A stretch of DNA of 45,252 nucleotides, counting the filler, from Jimgerdemannia flammicorona (Eukaryota), in the NCBI GenBank assembly GCA_003990765.1. It is 2 parts of 2 records of this genome, joined end to end, with 100 filler letters (N's around TTAATTAATTAA, not from the genome) between each part and the next. Parts side by side here need not be neighbours in the genome. Positions count along the whole stretch, not along the records: positions 1 to 22,579 come from RBNJ01001244.1; 1 more part is not named here. One strand, given 5' to 3'. Position numbers and translations under genes: made by a program. This document shows, piece by piece, positions 10,697 to 22,679 of this stretch; positions within the stretch are counted from its first letter, which is position 1, and each line of letters begins with the position of its first letter. Below the pieces are notes generated by a model. That model was given only the letters and a program-made list of their open reading frames with translations. It was not told where the DNA came from and ran no database searches.

Positions 10697-13250
10697 TGTT
10701 ACATAGTTCTGAAAGAGTTTTCTGGAAGTTCTGGATATTCTGGAAGACCATTTTCTTAAGGTCAAGATCAATTTCATATGGAGTACATTCTCTATACTTA
10801 TTGATTTCAAGTTTAGATTGATATCTCAACCAAAGTCCTTATTTGGACTAGTTCTGGATGTTCAGAATTTTCCATATTTCAGGAAGTTCAAAAAACTAAG
10901 ACCAGTTTAGTTGAATTGGTATATCACTGCAGACAATACCCAATTAGGAAATTTCATGATAGAGTTAGGAGTGAGACCTAATGAGGAGCAGATTTACTTA
11001 AGAGTAGTTTGTGGAATATTAAATAGGTTTATTCACTATTCATAATATTACTATGTATACTAGAAGTAGTTGTGTGAAGGGATATTGTGGGAAAGTGTTC
11101 AGAAATGTTCTTATGTGTTTGAGTCTATTCAAGTCTAAGATTCTGAGGTCTGGAGAAGAGGATATTTATACTAATAAGAGACTATCTAGATAATGCTGAA
11201 TATAGATGTAGTACTTAGTATCTTGCTGAGTTGAAATGTAGTTACATAGTATAAGGCTAATCTAACTATGCTATGACTGCTAAGCTATTTATAGATTTAG
11301 ATACTGTCTGGTTAGTCTTTTTTTTTTTTTTTTAATAGACTCATAGTCTTGCAGATTTTTATTAAAAGGGAATCTAGACTATATAGGCCAAAACCCTCCC
11401 TCAAACAATATCCTCTCATTAACCTAGGCTACTAAACTGTCCAGTAGTCTCACCACTCTAGCTATATCTGTCAAACACCAGCTACATTGACCCCCATGAT
11501 ATAGACTAAACTTATCTACTTGCCAGGACTGAATCATTATTTACATATAAGAGCACACCTATGTATTAGATCTAGCAGTGCTGGGACTGAATAAAGAATA
11601 GCCTTCTGAACCCCAAAAGAAAGCTTGAGGCAAAGAAAAAACCCCCCAATCAACCAACAGAGAGCAAAGTAGATTCAAAGTAGGTGAGTAAAGGACTTAT
11701 ATGTAAAACCTTCTACAAAGGACTTACATATGGGCTAGGGTCAGAAAAGACCTCACTCCCACTCTCTGAGCCTGTGGGCCTCAATCATGTTGCTGTGTTA
11801 GCTCCCAGTTCTAGTCAGATACAGCCAAATGAGAAAGGCCCCACTCCCCAAACCTGTGGACCTTGATCATGTTACTATATCAGCTCCTGGTTCCAGTTAG
11901 GTATAGTCAGGATACCAGCCCCTGCACCACCCTACTCCTTACTAGCCAATTGAAAGGCTCTACTGAAATATTATCCACCCCAGCCCCAATGACTGCCCCC
12001 AACCTAGCACTCCACTAGTCTACCATTATTGTCCTTCCTCCTATCTGTGATGGTCATCTCTTCTCCTATTCTGACACTATCTGAAAAACAGTTACCTATA
12101 CTAGAACCATACTCACTGAGAAGCTTGCCAAAGCCAGAGGGCCCCACCATAGATACTGAGAACCTACAGATAATATATACTGAGCACTTGATGTCCAAGA
12201 TTGGCTGACTCCCTATGTAATCTATAATATACCAAGACAATACCTTATTGATAATAGTAAAAGAAAGAAGGTACCATACTAAAATAAATATACTCTAGAT
12301 ATAGTTGAAGGTACTAGAAACTGCAAAAAAGTAGAGAAAATATCAATCTGATACTGATAAAGGGGCAACTTATTATCATTGCTCTTCTCCCACTATGCCC
12401 ATGTAGACACAGCATATCTGGTTAGTCTTTGATAACATCACTATTGATGACATTATCTCTGGCAAAGTCTGAGCAGTTTTCTGACTTCTGATATCATCAG
12501 TTTCAAAGGTATCATCATCTCTATCTTTTATAAGATTAAGGCTATCCTTGGTGATAGTAGTTGTATAAGGATAACAGATCTTGGTTCTCTTTTTTTTTGG
12601 ACTACTGGTGTATTTGCAAGAACTGGCCATTCTTGTCTAGGGTGAGAGCTCTCAATGTTATGGCTGGAGATTTGAACCTCTCAGAAATGATATTTTCTAT
12701 AATCTGAGGTAATTTCTAATAGTAATATCTGTTATATGGATGGGCTTGATATTGGTTTTGACAATGTCAGCTTTCTTGAGTTCAGATGAAGCATCTGTCA
12801 TTCTCTAATAGAGGTGACACAGATAGAGTAAATAGGGTTGTTTAAATATATTTTGCTTCTATTAAGTAATGAGGTCTTTATATATTGCAGTATATCTCAG
12901 TCTTGAGTTAATAAGTACAGTTTATAAACCTTTGGTAGATAAGAGAGGTTCTTCTCATCTCGGTTTGAGTTTGGTACTTTTGGTTTCCTTTTATAATAGT
13001 ACAATATACCAAACTAGTTGTAGAGGTTCAGGGTTAGTCTTATAGTTATAGTACTTCTTCTGGTATTCTTATATCTTGGCAGTAGATTCTCATGCTTGTT
13101 GGTATATTTTGTATAACTAGATAATCTCTTTAGTAACTTATTTTATAATCTCATATGTAGTTTCCAAATTGGTTCTGAGGATGATATGTAATTTTGGTGG
13201 CTTGGAGGTTGTGTACTTATATATTAGGTCTTAAAGACTAAAGAGCATGA
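10697..13250 (-). mobile_element. 3' remnant of another Ty3/Gypsy element (integrase tail plus probable 3' LTR 10697-12452)
   Basis: Minus-strand STKLKPR*EEP at about 12950-12980 resembles the integrase KL.P.W.GP motif. TGTCATC (12452, minus) ... TGTAACA (10697) bound an LTR-like segment with a TATA at about 11165. Limits uncertain. Confidence 0.55.
11321..12414 (-). mobile_element. 5'-truncated LINE 3' end with poly(A), related to 7927-9120
   Basis: Poly(T) to 11333. 16-bp TSD TGTCTGGTTAGTCTTT (11305-11320) / TATCTGGTTAGTCTTT (12415-12430). 11950-12414 aligns with 8560-9022. Confidence 0.88.
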
Positions 13251-13435
13251 GAACTACTTGTTTTTATATAGTTAAAGTACTTATAGTAGTATATATATTG
13301 CTTGAAGTTCTCAGAAAAGATGATGATCAATTTATTAGAGATATATTAAAGAATATTAGTAGTCTTATATCTATTTTATTTAGATATCTTAAGTTAGTTT
13401 GAATAGGTGTTCAGAGAGTAGCAGTTATTTATTAT

Positions 13436-13790
13436 TTAGCTTAAAAGTGTGAAATTTATCTAAAATCATTAGCTAATAAGTACTAAGTTATAATATAGTA
13501 AATATTAAGCTAGAAAATATAGTAGATTTATTTATCTTAAATACTTGATTTTTTTTTTAATTTCTCAGAGTTCTTTAGTTATAAGAATAATGAGATTGAA
13601 ATATATATATCTATCTATAAGTTTACTAGTTCCTTTATCTCTTTACTTTTAGACTATTTTGATCTGAGATTTATTTACTCTAAATATTGAAATATTTATA
13701 CAAATTTTTTTGCTATATAGTAACTAAGTTATGACTTATTTTTGCAGTATATAGATTTCTTTATACTGTATAAATTAAGTAACTACTAAC
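13436..13790 (-). mobile_element. Heavily mutated PBS/leader plus 5' LTR relic (LTR edge about 13489)
   Basis: 13436-13498 aligns to 7284-7346 of element A. 13489-13750 is the reverse complement homolog of 39545-39804. Confidence 0.65.
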
Positions 13791-15337
13791 TATATATTTA
13801 TACTGAATTTGAGAATTGGATTTATATATTATAATTAAATATTTATCTTCTAATTCTTATTTATAATTCAGATCAACTATTATAGTAGAAATAAAAAAAT
13901 ATAAAATTTTCTTTTACTTATATTTTTATAATTTTAGATTATATCATATTGAGTAGAATTATTAATAAAAATATTATTAATTTTATATTATTAATAATTT
14001 CTAATATATATAAATATATAACTAAAGTAATAATAAAAACAATCTCTATTTTTTATAAACACTTCAGTATTATGATACTTCTTCAATAGTAGATTTAATA
14101 TGTATTAAATAAATTATTTAAATATAAAAAATAGTAAGATAATAATATATATCTATATTTATAATTATAAGTTAAAGAAAGAGAACTTTATTAATAAATA
14201 TTTATAAATATTTTTTTCAAAATATCTTAATTCCTCTATATAAATAGTTTTAATAAATATTATTTAATATTTAACTCTAAAATACATATACAGATGGAAC
14301 TTTGTTATATTTAATATTTTGGAATAATATTGAATAAGAGCCACTAGCCATCAGTAAGATTCATAGAGTATCTGTATTCAGTAATATTTTACTGAATCTT
14401 ACAGTGTATTATTAATATTTTTCCTTTTGGATCTCTGCAGTCTGGCACGCGAAGAATTGTCCTCTTCCAATAGCTCAAACGATCCCGGCCACCAAATGAT
14501 ACCACGGTGTACGCCATTCCCGAGTTCGATCATGTTGGAGATCCAGGAGAGCTCGATCTCGCTGCGCTCAACATTTGATTTATACGAGGCTCAATGTTTT
14601 AGAACAGCAACCACTCAAAGCTTTATCCACCCTACCTATGTCTTGCAAAATGAAGCACCTTTTACAAAGAAATGTATATTGGGCAGTTTGGTACCTGCAA
14701 AAGCGCAAAATGGCAATCCTCGAAGAGAATATCAACCTACCTACAATACAAGTAAAATGAGAAAATATATACGTGATTTGAGCGGCAAGAAGTGAAAGGA
14801 TCTTTGAACCTGGCTAATTGTTACGTAATCAAGAAGACGCGCGAATGTGGCTGGTGTATATAGGAGAAAAATATAGCTAGCGTGTTCAACCAAGAAAAAC
14901 GTATTCAAATATTTCCAGAGCAGCGACAACGGGTTTGCATTCCCATGTGCTTCATCGGTTGCGAAGGTTCCAATCATGGCCCACGACAGGATTCGCAAGC
15001 GTTTCAAAGCATTGGATTAACTATGCAATAAACTTCTCGGTGAGTGATTATATAATCTGGCGTGCCCACCACATTATCGGCTGCGTTACACTGGTCTTTC
15101 AGCTGGTTGCAGGTCCGATTTTGGAAATGAGAAAACGTTCCATTTTGGGGATGTATTGGTAGGACAAATAAATATCTCCGAGTTCTTTTATCAGCATCTG
15201 AATGAAAAAGAAAAGAAACAACTATTTTGGCGAATGGCCGACAAGGTACGATCGGGAGCTTAGTTCTTTATTCAATTGCACTACATTTCACCTCTTTGAC
15301 TCAGAGGTATTTCCTATCCCTTTTGCCACTGGCTCTA

Positions 15338-15850
15338 CTATCTGCCCCCCCTCCGGGACCTCCCCCCCCTTCTCTTCCCCCCCTTCCCTCCCCTGCGGCC
15401 TGTGGTGCCAAGCCTACTCTCGAACCCACCACCCAACACTTCATCTCCATCGTCAAAGTCGCAAGAACAGTCGCATGGGGGGCAGTAGTCAATATTGCCG
15501 ATATTGATATCATCCAAAGTTCTCACGCCTCCTCTGGTTCTGCCTCCGCCTCTGGTCCTGCCCCCGCCTCCGATCCTGCCCTTGTTCCTTCCCCCCCCAC
15601 GCCTTGCCTGGGTTTCGTAATCTTCAGCATCGGTCAAGTAATCGTCCTTGGAAGCGTAGGTCCCGTCGGCGGCAGCGTAATCGTAGGCCTGGACACCATA
15701 GCTGTCCATGGGGATCATGACGGCATGGTAGCGATTTGGGTCATTGGCCGGAGCGACGTCTTGAGGTCTTGATGGGTCAGCAGCTTCATAGGTGGCGAGG
15801 GCGGGGAAGAGGGCCGAGAAAACGAGGAGGGCAAGGACAAAGCAGATCAT
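15338..15850 (-). CDS. Small secreted protein (170 aa) with acidic segments, RGG/Gly-Arg repeats and a CPPCDCSC motif
   Basis: Intact single-exon ORF with a hydrophobic N-terminus (MICFVLALLVFSALFPALA) resembling a signal peptide. CpG is retained, and an upstream TATAAAA and C-rich leader are present. Confidence 0.8.
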   Translation of the reverse strand: MICFVLALLVFSALFPALATYEAADPSRPQDVAPANDPNRYHAVMIPMDSYGVQAYDYAAADGTYASKDDYLTDAEDYETQARRGGGRNKGRIGGGGRTRGGGRTRGGVRTLDDINIGNIDYCPPCDCSCDFDDGDEVLGGGFESRLGTTGRRGGKGGKRRGGRSRRGGR

Positions 15851-15994
15851 TTATTTGGTTTGAATAAGTGGGTTGAGAAGGATTGAGGAGCTGGGTGCTG
15901 TTTGTGGCAAGGGAGTTAGTAGGGTTTGTTGGTTGAGTTTTTGAGGGGGGGGGGAGAAGATATTGTGGTGGTTGAGAGATGTGGACAGGGTGTC

Positions 15995-16001
15995 TTTTAT
16001 A
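15995..16001 (-). promoter_or_regulatory. Putative TATA box of the secreted-protein gene
   Basis: TATAAAA on the minus strand about 145 nt upstream of ATG 15850. Confidence 0.5.
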
Positions 16002-19000
16002 CGTTCATCCCTTGAATCCCCGCGGTCCAACGTTTGCGTTGATTATTTCAGCACAGAACTCGGATGGTATCAGTCATAGATTTTCCTTGCTCTACATTTC
16101 CCTTATCTTGCAAAGAACTCTCATACACATCCATTAATTCTGATGCCAGATAATAAATAATTTAATATGGAACTGGATGTGATCGTGATGGCTTGATGAT
16201 ATTTCGAAGAAGAAAAAGGAAATACGGAAAAAAAGAACCTCTCCCCCTCTCCGCGCTCTTTTCGTTTGTTTCAATGAAATATGATTGTGGAACCAATAAT
16301 GATTTCGCCTTCGAGCGTCCGAACCGCTTTAGTAATCCCAATTCTCGTATAACGATGCGCGATACGGCTCTACGGGGAACAAGTGCAATGGATTCGTTCC
16401 TGTACCATCGACTCGTACACATTTAGGCGACATTTCTGAGCTAAAAATCATATATCGTCCTGCAAAACATCTGATGTGTCTTCATGGGAAAAAAAAAAAA
16501 ATCCAATATGGGGCATCATTGACACGCGTGATCCACAAATTCGCGGAACTGCTGGCTCGGGATGCACCGAGGAGTAATGCTGGCCTCCGGAATGGGTCGC
16601 AACTGGCTTAGACGGAGGTCGACGACGAGAGAATTGTAGTCTAATTCAAACTTCGCTATGTTGTGTCATTGTTTTATTTTGATTACACAACATTAAAATC
16701 TAATACTATCATCGAATGTAGCTATTTTTCAAGAGATAGTAAATTTTGAACGAAGATATTTGAAGGGAACTTCGGGAGGAGTTCTGCTTTCAGACTCCAC
16801 CAACAATACAGCATGCGTCGATGGTTACGATGTAAGTCTCTGGACCTATCGTCCAAACTACAAACTGAAATGGAAAAATGCTCCGGGCAACAAAGTTTAA
16901 GGTCACGCTTTCCAATCTAGCTAGACGGTTAGTGTAGCCCATGGAATGCTTCTCAGTCATAGGAATTGCCGGCTACCCAACTGAAGGTGTAAGGGCGCAC
17001 TTTCGTTGTTACTTTTGTTGCAGTCACTCGATCCAGAACAGATGACATTGGTTTTTTTCCTTTTGACTCAAATATACTGAGGTATTCTATGTAAACCATA
17101 CTTCCACGGACGCTAGAGTCCCATTTGAGAGAAAAACCCGCCCCCAAGGATATAATCTCCTAATATTGTATTTAGTCATCATTCTGTTGTATGAAGATGA
17201 ATATAAATATATTCAACATCTAAAGCATACCCCAAACCGTGGAATTTATTCTTCTCTTTCTCCCAACTCAAGCATGGACATCTCGACGCAGGATCCACTC
17301 TTGGATGAAAGTGCGTTCGCTAACGCGCAAATGCCATCCGTTAGTGTTTATGAACCCTTCCAACGACAATTCACATGTACTACGATTTTGGGAGAGTGTC
17401 GGGGCTCGCCTTCTCTCCCGAATTTACCCAGTACGAGCTTGGTATTGATTCGGAAAGTATGATCACATTTGAGGCCGAACTACATCGTGGTATGGGCAAG
17501 CAATACGCGGATGGAACAGGGTGACATTGGAGGGCGTTTACATTATGGTTGAGCCCGAATACATTTTGTTGCTGCTGAAGTTCGCTTTACAGCTTGCTAT
17601 CTGTGTGATTCCTTTTTTACAAGCCTAGATGAATACTTGGCAACAACATTAGAAATATGCGATTGAAATTACGATAGGTTAGATAACTGATATGCAGGCT
17701 ATTTCTTCTATGCCCTTGGGTAATGGTAATCAGCCATCTACTCTTTGCCCAACTTTTACCTTCTTTTCACCACCGTATGTGTACATTTTTATGAAAATCA
17801 ATACAACTTCACGCCATTTTAACTATATTATTTCACAGATTGTGTTATACTTTTGCGTTTTTTTAACCTTAGCCTCCTGTGTTCGCGGGTCTTTGTCGTC
17901 CCGTCTCGTCATTCCAACTGATGAGTTCTCGAGCATGTACAAGTTGTATGTAGTCATGCATATGCTGTGTCCAATCATTATTGCACCGTAATAGAATATG
18001 TAATAAAAATAAAAACCTCTCGTTGTCTCGCAAATTACAAACGTCTCTGCCAAGTTTCTGAGCATGAATATATGTATCGATAAATTCGCCGTTTTATACA
18101 CTGCCCAACTTCATCCCCCTCCGCTTTGTCCGCTTTGGGTCTAAAGAAAGCGCTATATTATCGTCGATGAGGATGTGAATGGCTACCGAGATTGGAGGTA
18201 ACTCTCCTAATGATCTAATGATTAGAATCGGGGTTTCATTCCGTTCGTATCACTCTACTTTAAGGCACCAATTCCGATATTCTCTGCACCATACATTTGA
18301 TGGAACGGGTCGTAATGGGAAAGATGTGGCATCTAAATGCCGTGAGGATGAAATTGCTTCAACTGTAGTTCAATTACCTTTTGGCCGAGCTGCGAACTTA
18401 GTATCGTGCTGAACAAGGGCTGAAAAAACGGTACCATCTTTCAAAGCTCTTCATCAGGAGGATCTTTTTTTTATTTGTATAATGGCAAAGTTAAACTCTG
18501 AGGGCTAATATGGAAATCACTTGCATATATCACTTAAGGTAGTTCATCTTCGCGAACTCTCTGCTAACTCACGTATCGTTTTGTGTCCAGGGTTCGCTAC
18601 ACATCCCAGTTGGTGCATGGACCTCGAATGTAGAGCGGCCTCAAACCCCTAAGAAGCTCTTGCAGAACATGTTGGTGACGAAGTTGATGAGTGTGTCGCA
18701 GTGAAAAGAGTTTATACTTGGGTATGGTGTGTTTTTGTGTGTTGAGGGCGCGACGTCGAACGGGAGGTGTTATCGTCAATGATGACGAAGGGATGGAAAC
18801 GCGACTTTCGACAACGCCCTAGAGGAAGGGTGCCGCCGGGAACTTCCCTAGACTGACTGCCAGGAATTCTTTGCTGCTTCGTGACTCTGCACAGGCCAGC
18901 TGTCGTTCTATTATAAAATGTTCTACTGTCACCTCCGCACACTTGTCATAGTTCGGTATTGTTTTTATTTTGTAAAAAAAATATTTACAAAGCTATGGGG

Positions 19001-20434
19001 TAGCATACCAATGATCTAGACCAGTTTTACCCTTGCTCAAAGGGTTCATCAGTTGGCATAAAAAGCAACCAAGACTAATGACATCACTCAGGTCAAAATT
19101 GGTAATTGAATTTTGAATATATGAGAGAACTTATTCTGTCAACTAAGTCTGTTGATCATGTTGTGTTACAATTAGCGTGATGGGCATGTAGCATTTAATT
19201 CAACCCATCATTAAAATCCCATCCAGCGCACTGGATGGTTACAAGACCTAGGTTTTTTTTTTGGGGGGGGGGGGGGGGGGAGGTTAGCTGTATTAAATAT
19301 CTGTGAGTGTAATGACTTCGTGGGAACAAATCAAGGCGGGAATTGCACACACCCGGTTTCAAGAGGGCCAGTCAAAGTAATTAGATAGAGGATTTAAGAG
19401 AAAAGTGACGGTGAAAAAACACACGGCTCCGATTACCCAACGACGGTCATGGCCGGCCGAGGTATGAGTTGATGAGTGAGCAGACAAGGTAATAGCATTA
19501 CTCAATTCTTTGGCAGTCAATCTCGTAGTAAGGGAAAGGAGGCCGTCTATAACAAATGTTCTGTGAACATGTAGTTGGATGGAAAATCTGCACGATTTTC
19601 GTCCTTTATTGTTTTATTCAGGTCTGAGCACTTGATGTTCGCTTTATTGTGATTTTACTCACGTTGATAGCACGCGGACTCCGCACATGTTAATCGACAT
19701 AATTCTCGCATTTGAACAATCCGGCCTAATCGGCCGTCCCTTGCCGCAAAAACGATTCCGTGGTTTGTGCGTCGAGGTAATGGCGGCGGTGAGTCGTATC
19801 TGTTTCTTCGTGCATTGGTCGAGGACTGGCGGCGTGGGACGATGGCATGGCAACGGGGGGCAGGAGTCTCAATCCTTGATCGCAAATACCTGCCGTTGTG
19901 AGGGGTGTTGAAAGGGTCGATTGTGGTGTCGATTAACAAATACACAATTATCGAGTGACTGTATATACCATTTAAGCGTTGTTCTCACCGCCGAGTGTGA
20001 CGTGGTTAGTTTGGAAGAACAGAATGCGGAATTAATCGACAGGGAGCTCCGCCTCCGGAAAGGAGAGAGTTCAATTTTTTTTTTTTTAGCAGGGGGGTTC
20101 TGCGAGTGGATGACGTCACTTGCAGTGAAATTAATCCAACAAATGGGAACATCTGCTATAGCACACGAATAACTCGAGTAACTCGAGATGACGTTATAAC
20201 AGAAGATCAAATTACATAGACAACAATGCTGAGCGGCCAAAACAAATACAGATAAATCGGGTAATGTCAAGTACAATAATATGGAAATACATCGCTTCTA
20301 CCGCATTTTGAGAAGCTGGCTGACAAACAGGTGAGCCAACCTCTTCCCACATTTCGAATTCTTGGACTGGCAACAGACGCAACGCACATCCGTCAACATC
20401 AAACAAATGGAATTAACGTTTTACCATTCCCGCA

Positions 20435-22443
20435 TCAATACTCGCCCTGCTGCACCTCCTCCTCCAATATCTCCGCTACCACCGAGCGCGTTTCTGTCAT
20501 ATGCCCGAGTTCTTCCTTTGTAAGCACCGCCTTCACCACATTCTCATCGACCTTCTTCTCCTGAGTCTCAACAACATCCGCCCTGGCGACCACGGCGGGG
20601 TCGTTATTGCTTATCCCCATCTTGTCGAATTGTCCAAATTCCGACCCGAAACTTGACCAAGTCACCTCCTTCGACTCCCCGCTGACAAAGCTGCCAAACA
20701 ATTCCTCGTCCAAAATGTCCTCCACACCAGCACCATTTGCTCCATCGGCGGACTTGGATTTCTCGTTGCTGACAAACCTACCAAATCCATCGTCCCCGCC
20801 CTCGTCAGCCACACTCGAGGCCGCCAGGAATGCGTCGCCGCTCCGGTCCGCGAAGGCGTCGTCGTCCTCGTCGTCATCATCAAAGGAGGTTCGCTGCTCC
20901 CTTATCGAAGTCGTCGACGGCCATGCTGGTACGTTGGCATTCGCATCCGTCGCTGCTGCTGTTGATGCTGCAGTTGTCTGTGGGAAACCTGACGTCCAAT
21001 CAGCATTTTTGTTGGCCGATTCCTGTTTCATCCGAATTTAGAAGGATATAGGGTTTGAAAGAAGACGTGTGAATAAAGTGCATGAATTCCTCCAAAGATG
21101 CAAACCGAAAATTGCGCGTGTGTCAATCCTTTCCCTTTCTCGAAAAGCGACACAAAGGAACCTGAACCATTCCTAATGAATTTATAATCTCTCGTATACT
21201 CCGCAATTCGTACAGGCTACGAACACAAGCTTACCTCGTCATCACTATCCACGCCATCAAAATCTCCGTCCTGTGTATTGCAAAAGGGATCGCCCTCCAC
21301 AGCATTCGTGTTCGTAAATGCACCGTGGATGTCGAAATTCGCTTCTCTGTCAAAGTCGCTACAATATAATTGTATTCGAGTTGGATAAGTTAATATAAAC
21401 GTTCACTGATGAACAAACGTAAATAAGCTCGAGGGATAAAATGATACAAACCCCATCCACGCTCCATCGTCTTCTTCTTCCTCGTCTGATAGAGGATCAT
21501 CTGTATCTGCAATTTGCTTGTTGAGGTACCTTTTGAACTGATTTTGGGAAAGACAATTGTCATTTAGAAATTCACGATCCTAGCAATATAACCTGCACAA
21601 CTTCCCCCTGGATAAACATACTTGCTCGTTGGCCAATTCTCCGTCCGCCACTCCTTCCATTCCATCCTCATCCTCATCCTCTTCGCTCTCCCCATGGGTC
21701 TGATCCATGCCATCGTGGCCCGCTGGCCGAGCTCCCCCAAGAGGGACTCGATCTCGTTCCTTCGTCTCCCGCAAACCTTTGGCGACGTACTCACTCCAAG
21801 TGTCTAGATCAACGGCGCCTTTGATGGCCGTGACAATCTCTTGTGGATAGCGTTCAAAAAGTTTGACGACCTCGTCCGAGATGAAGGTTAAATGTCCCAT
21901 GTAGCCGAGACGGACGCCTTTCGGTTTCGCACTGGCGGGGTAGGCAGAAAAGAAAGATATATTTGAAGGCAGCTTGGGGATGATTGGATCAATTGACCCA
22001 GTGAATTTTCGGACACCACAAAGATGAAATGTCATTCAGAAGAACAGGAAGGTACGACTGGGAGAAAACTCGGAGTGGTGGAAGATAGGAGATCAACGGA
22101 TCAAAATGAAATACTCACGCCTCGGCGTCATTATGTGCTTGAGCGTCCACGATTCTCTTGGTTAGCTGTCCGTCTATGAATACCTTGAATGTCATGTTTG
22201 AATAGTGTATGCGTAAATTGGTCCTGGCGTTTATTTATCCATGTTCCCTCTCCAGTTCGCATGAAGCATCTTTTCGCGACCTTTCTAATGTCAAGCACAA
22301 CATAATACCGACGGTGATATATTTACCGAATTTACAAGCTCCCGGTTGTAACCGACATCCATGCGGCCGTTGAACATTTGGTGAAGCATGTCGTAAACGA
22401 CGTAGTGCAAGAAATTGTTCCATGGAAAGTTGAAAAATAGATC
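20435..22443 (-). CDS. SIT4/PP6 phosphatase-associated protein (SAPS family, SAP155/185/190-Ekc1-like), 3' six exons; 5' part lost at the gap
   Basis: GT-AG exons 22443-22327, 22183-22119, 21931-21622, 21537-21452, 21358-21235 and 21022-20435 join in frame. They give DLFFNFPWNNFLHYVVYDMLHQ...RLGYMGHLTFISDEVVK...WSEYV...LRETKERD (SAPS motifs) and an acidic tail. Confidence 0.92.
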
Positions 22444-22579
22444 CTACAAAATAGCGAGGAGGGATAAGAATGTGATGATAAAAACTAAAGTCAGCATGGT
22501 TCACTTTCCAGCTTTCGCGAATGGCATGTGATTAACTTTTCCTCCCCCAGCACCCTTCTATTTTTTTTTTTTTTTTTTT

Positions 22580-22679
22580 NNNNNNNNNNNNNNNNNNNNN
22601 NNNNNNNNNNNNNNNNNNNNNNNTTAATTAATTAANNNNNNNNNNNNNNNNNNNNNNNNNNNNNNNNNNNNNNNNNNNN
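22580..22679. other. Assembly gap with artificial TTAATTAATTAA linker
   Basis: N runs flank a 12-mer carrying stops in all six frames. Adjacency across the gap is not guaranteed. Confidence 0.9.

Noticed and set aside
12460..12830. Possible third member of the accessory ORF family downstream of the integrase remnant
   Set aside because: The position fits, but I could not find the shared motif in the frames I translated.
14427..15162. Several short ORFs at the island edge
   Set aside because: No recognisable motif or consistent exon structure; a gene fragment cannot be excluded.
15227..15772. 181-aa plus-strand Pro-rich ORF
   Set aside because: Antisense to the better supported secreted-protein gene and lacks an ATG start.
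19253..19280. T-run followed by a long G-run
   Set aside because: Simple homopolymers with no TSD or associated element.
18597..20276. Short ORFs and splice-like signals on the minus strand (for example GTGAGT near 19660)
   Set aside because: No convincing spliced product could be assembled by eye.
20607..21051. Plus-strand Ser/Arg-rich ORFs
   Set aside because: Antisense to the last SAPS exon.
22624..22635. Palindromic TTAATTAATTAA between N runs
   Set aside because: Scaffolding linker with six-frame stops, not biological.
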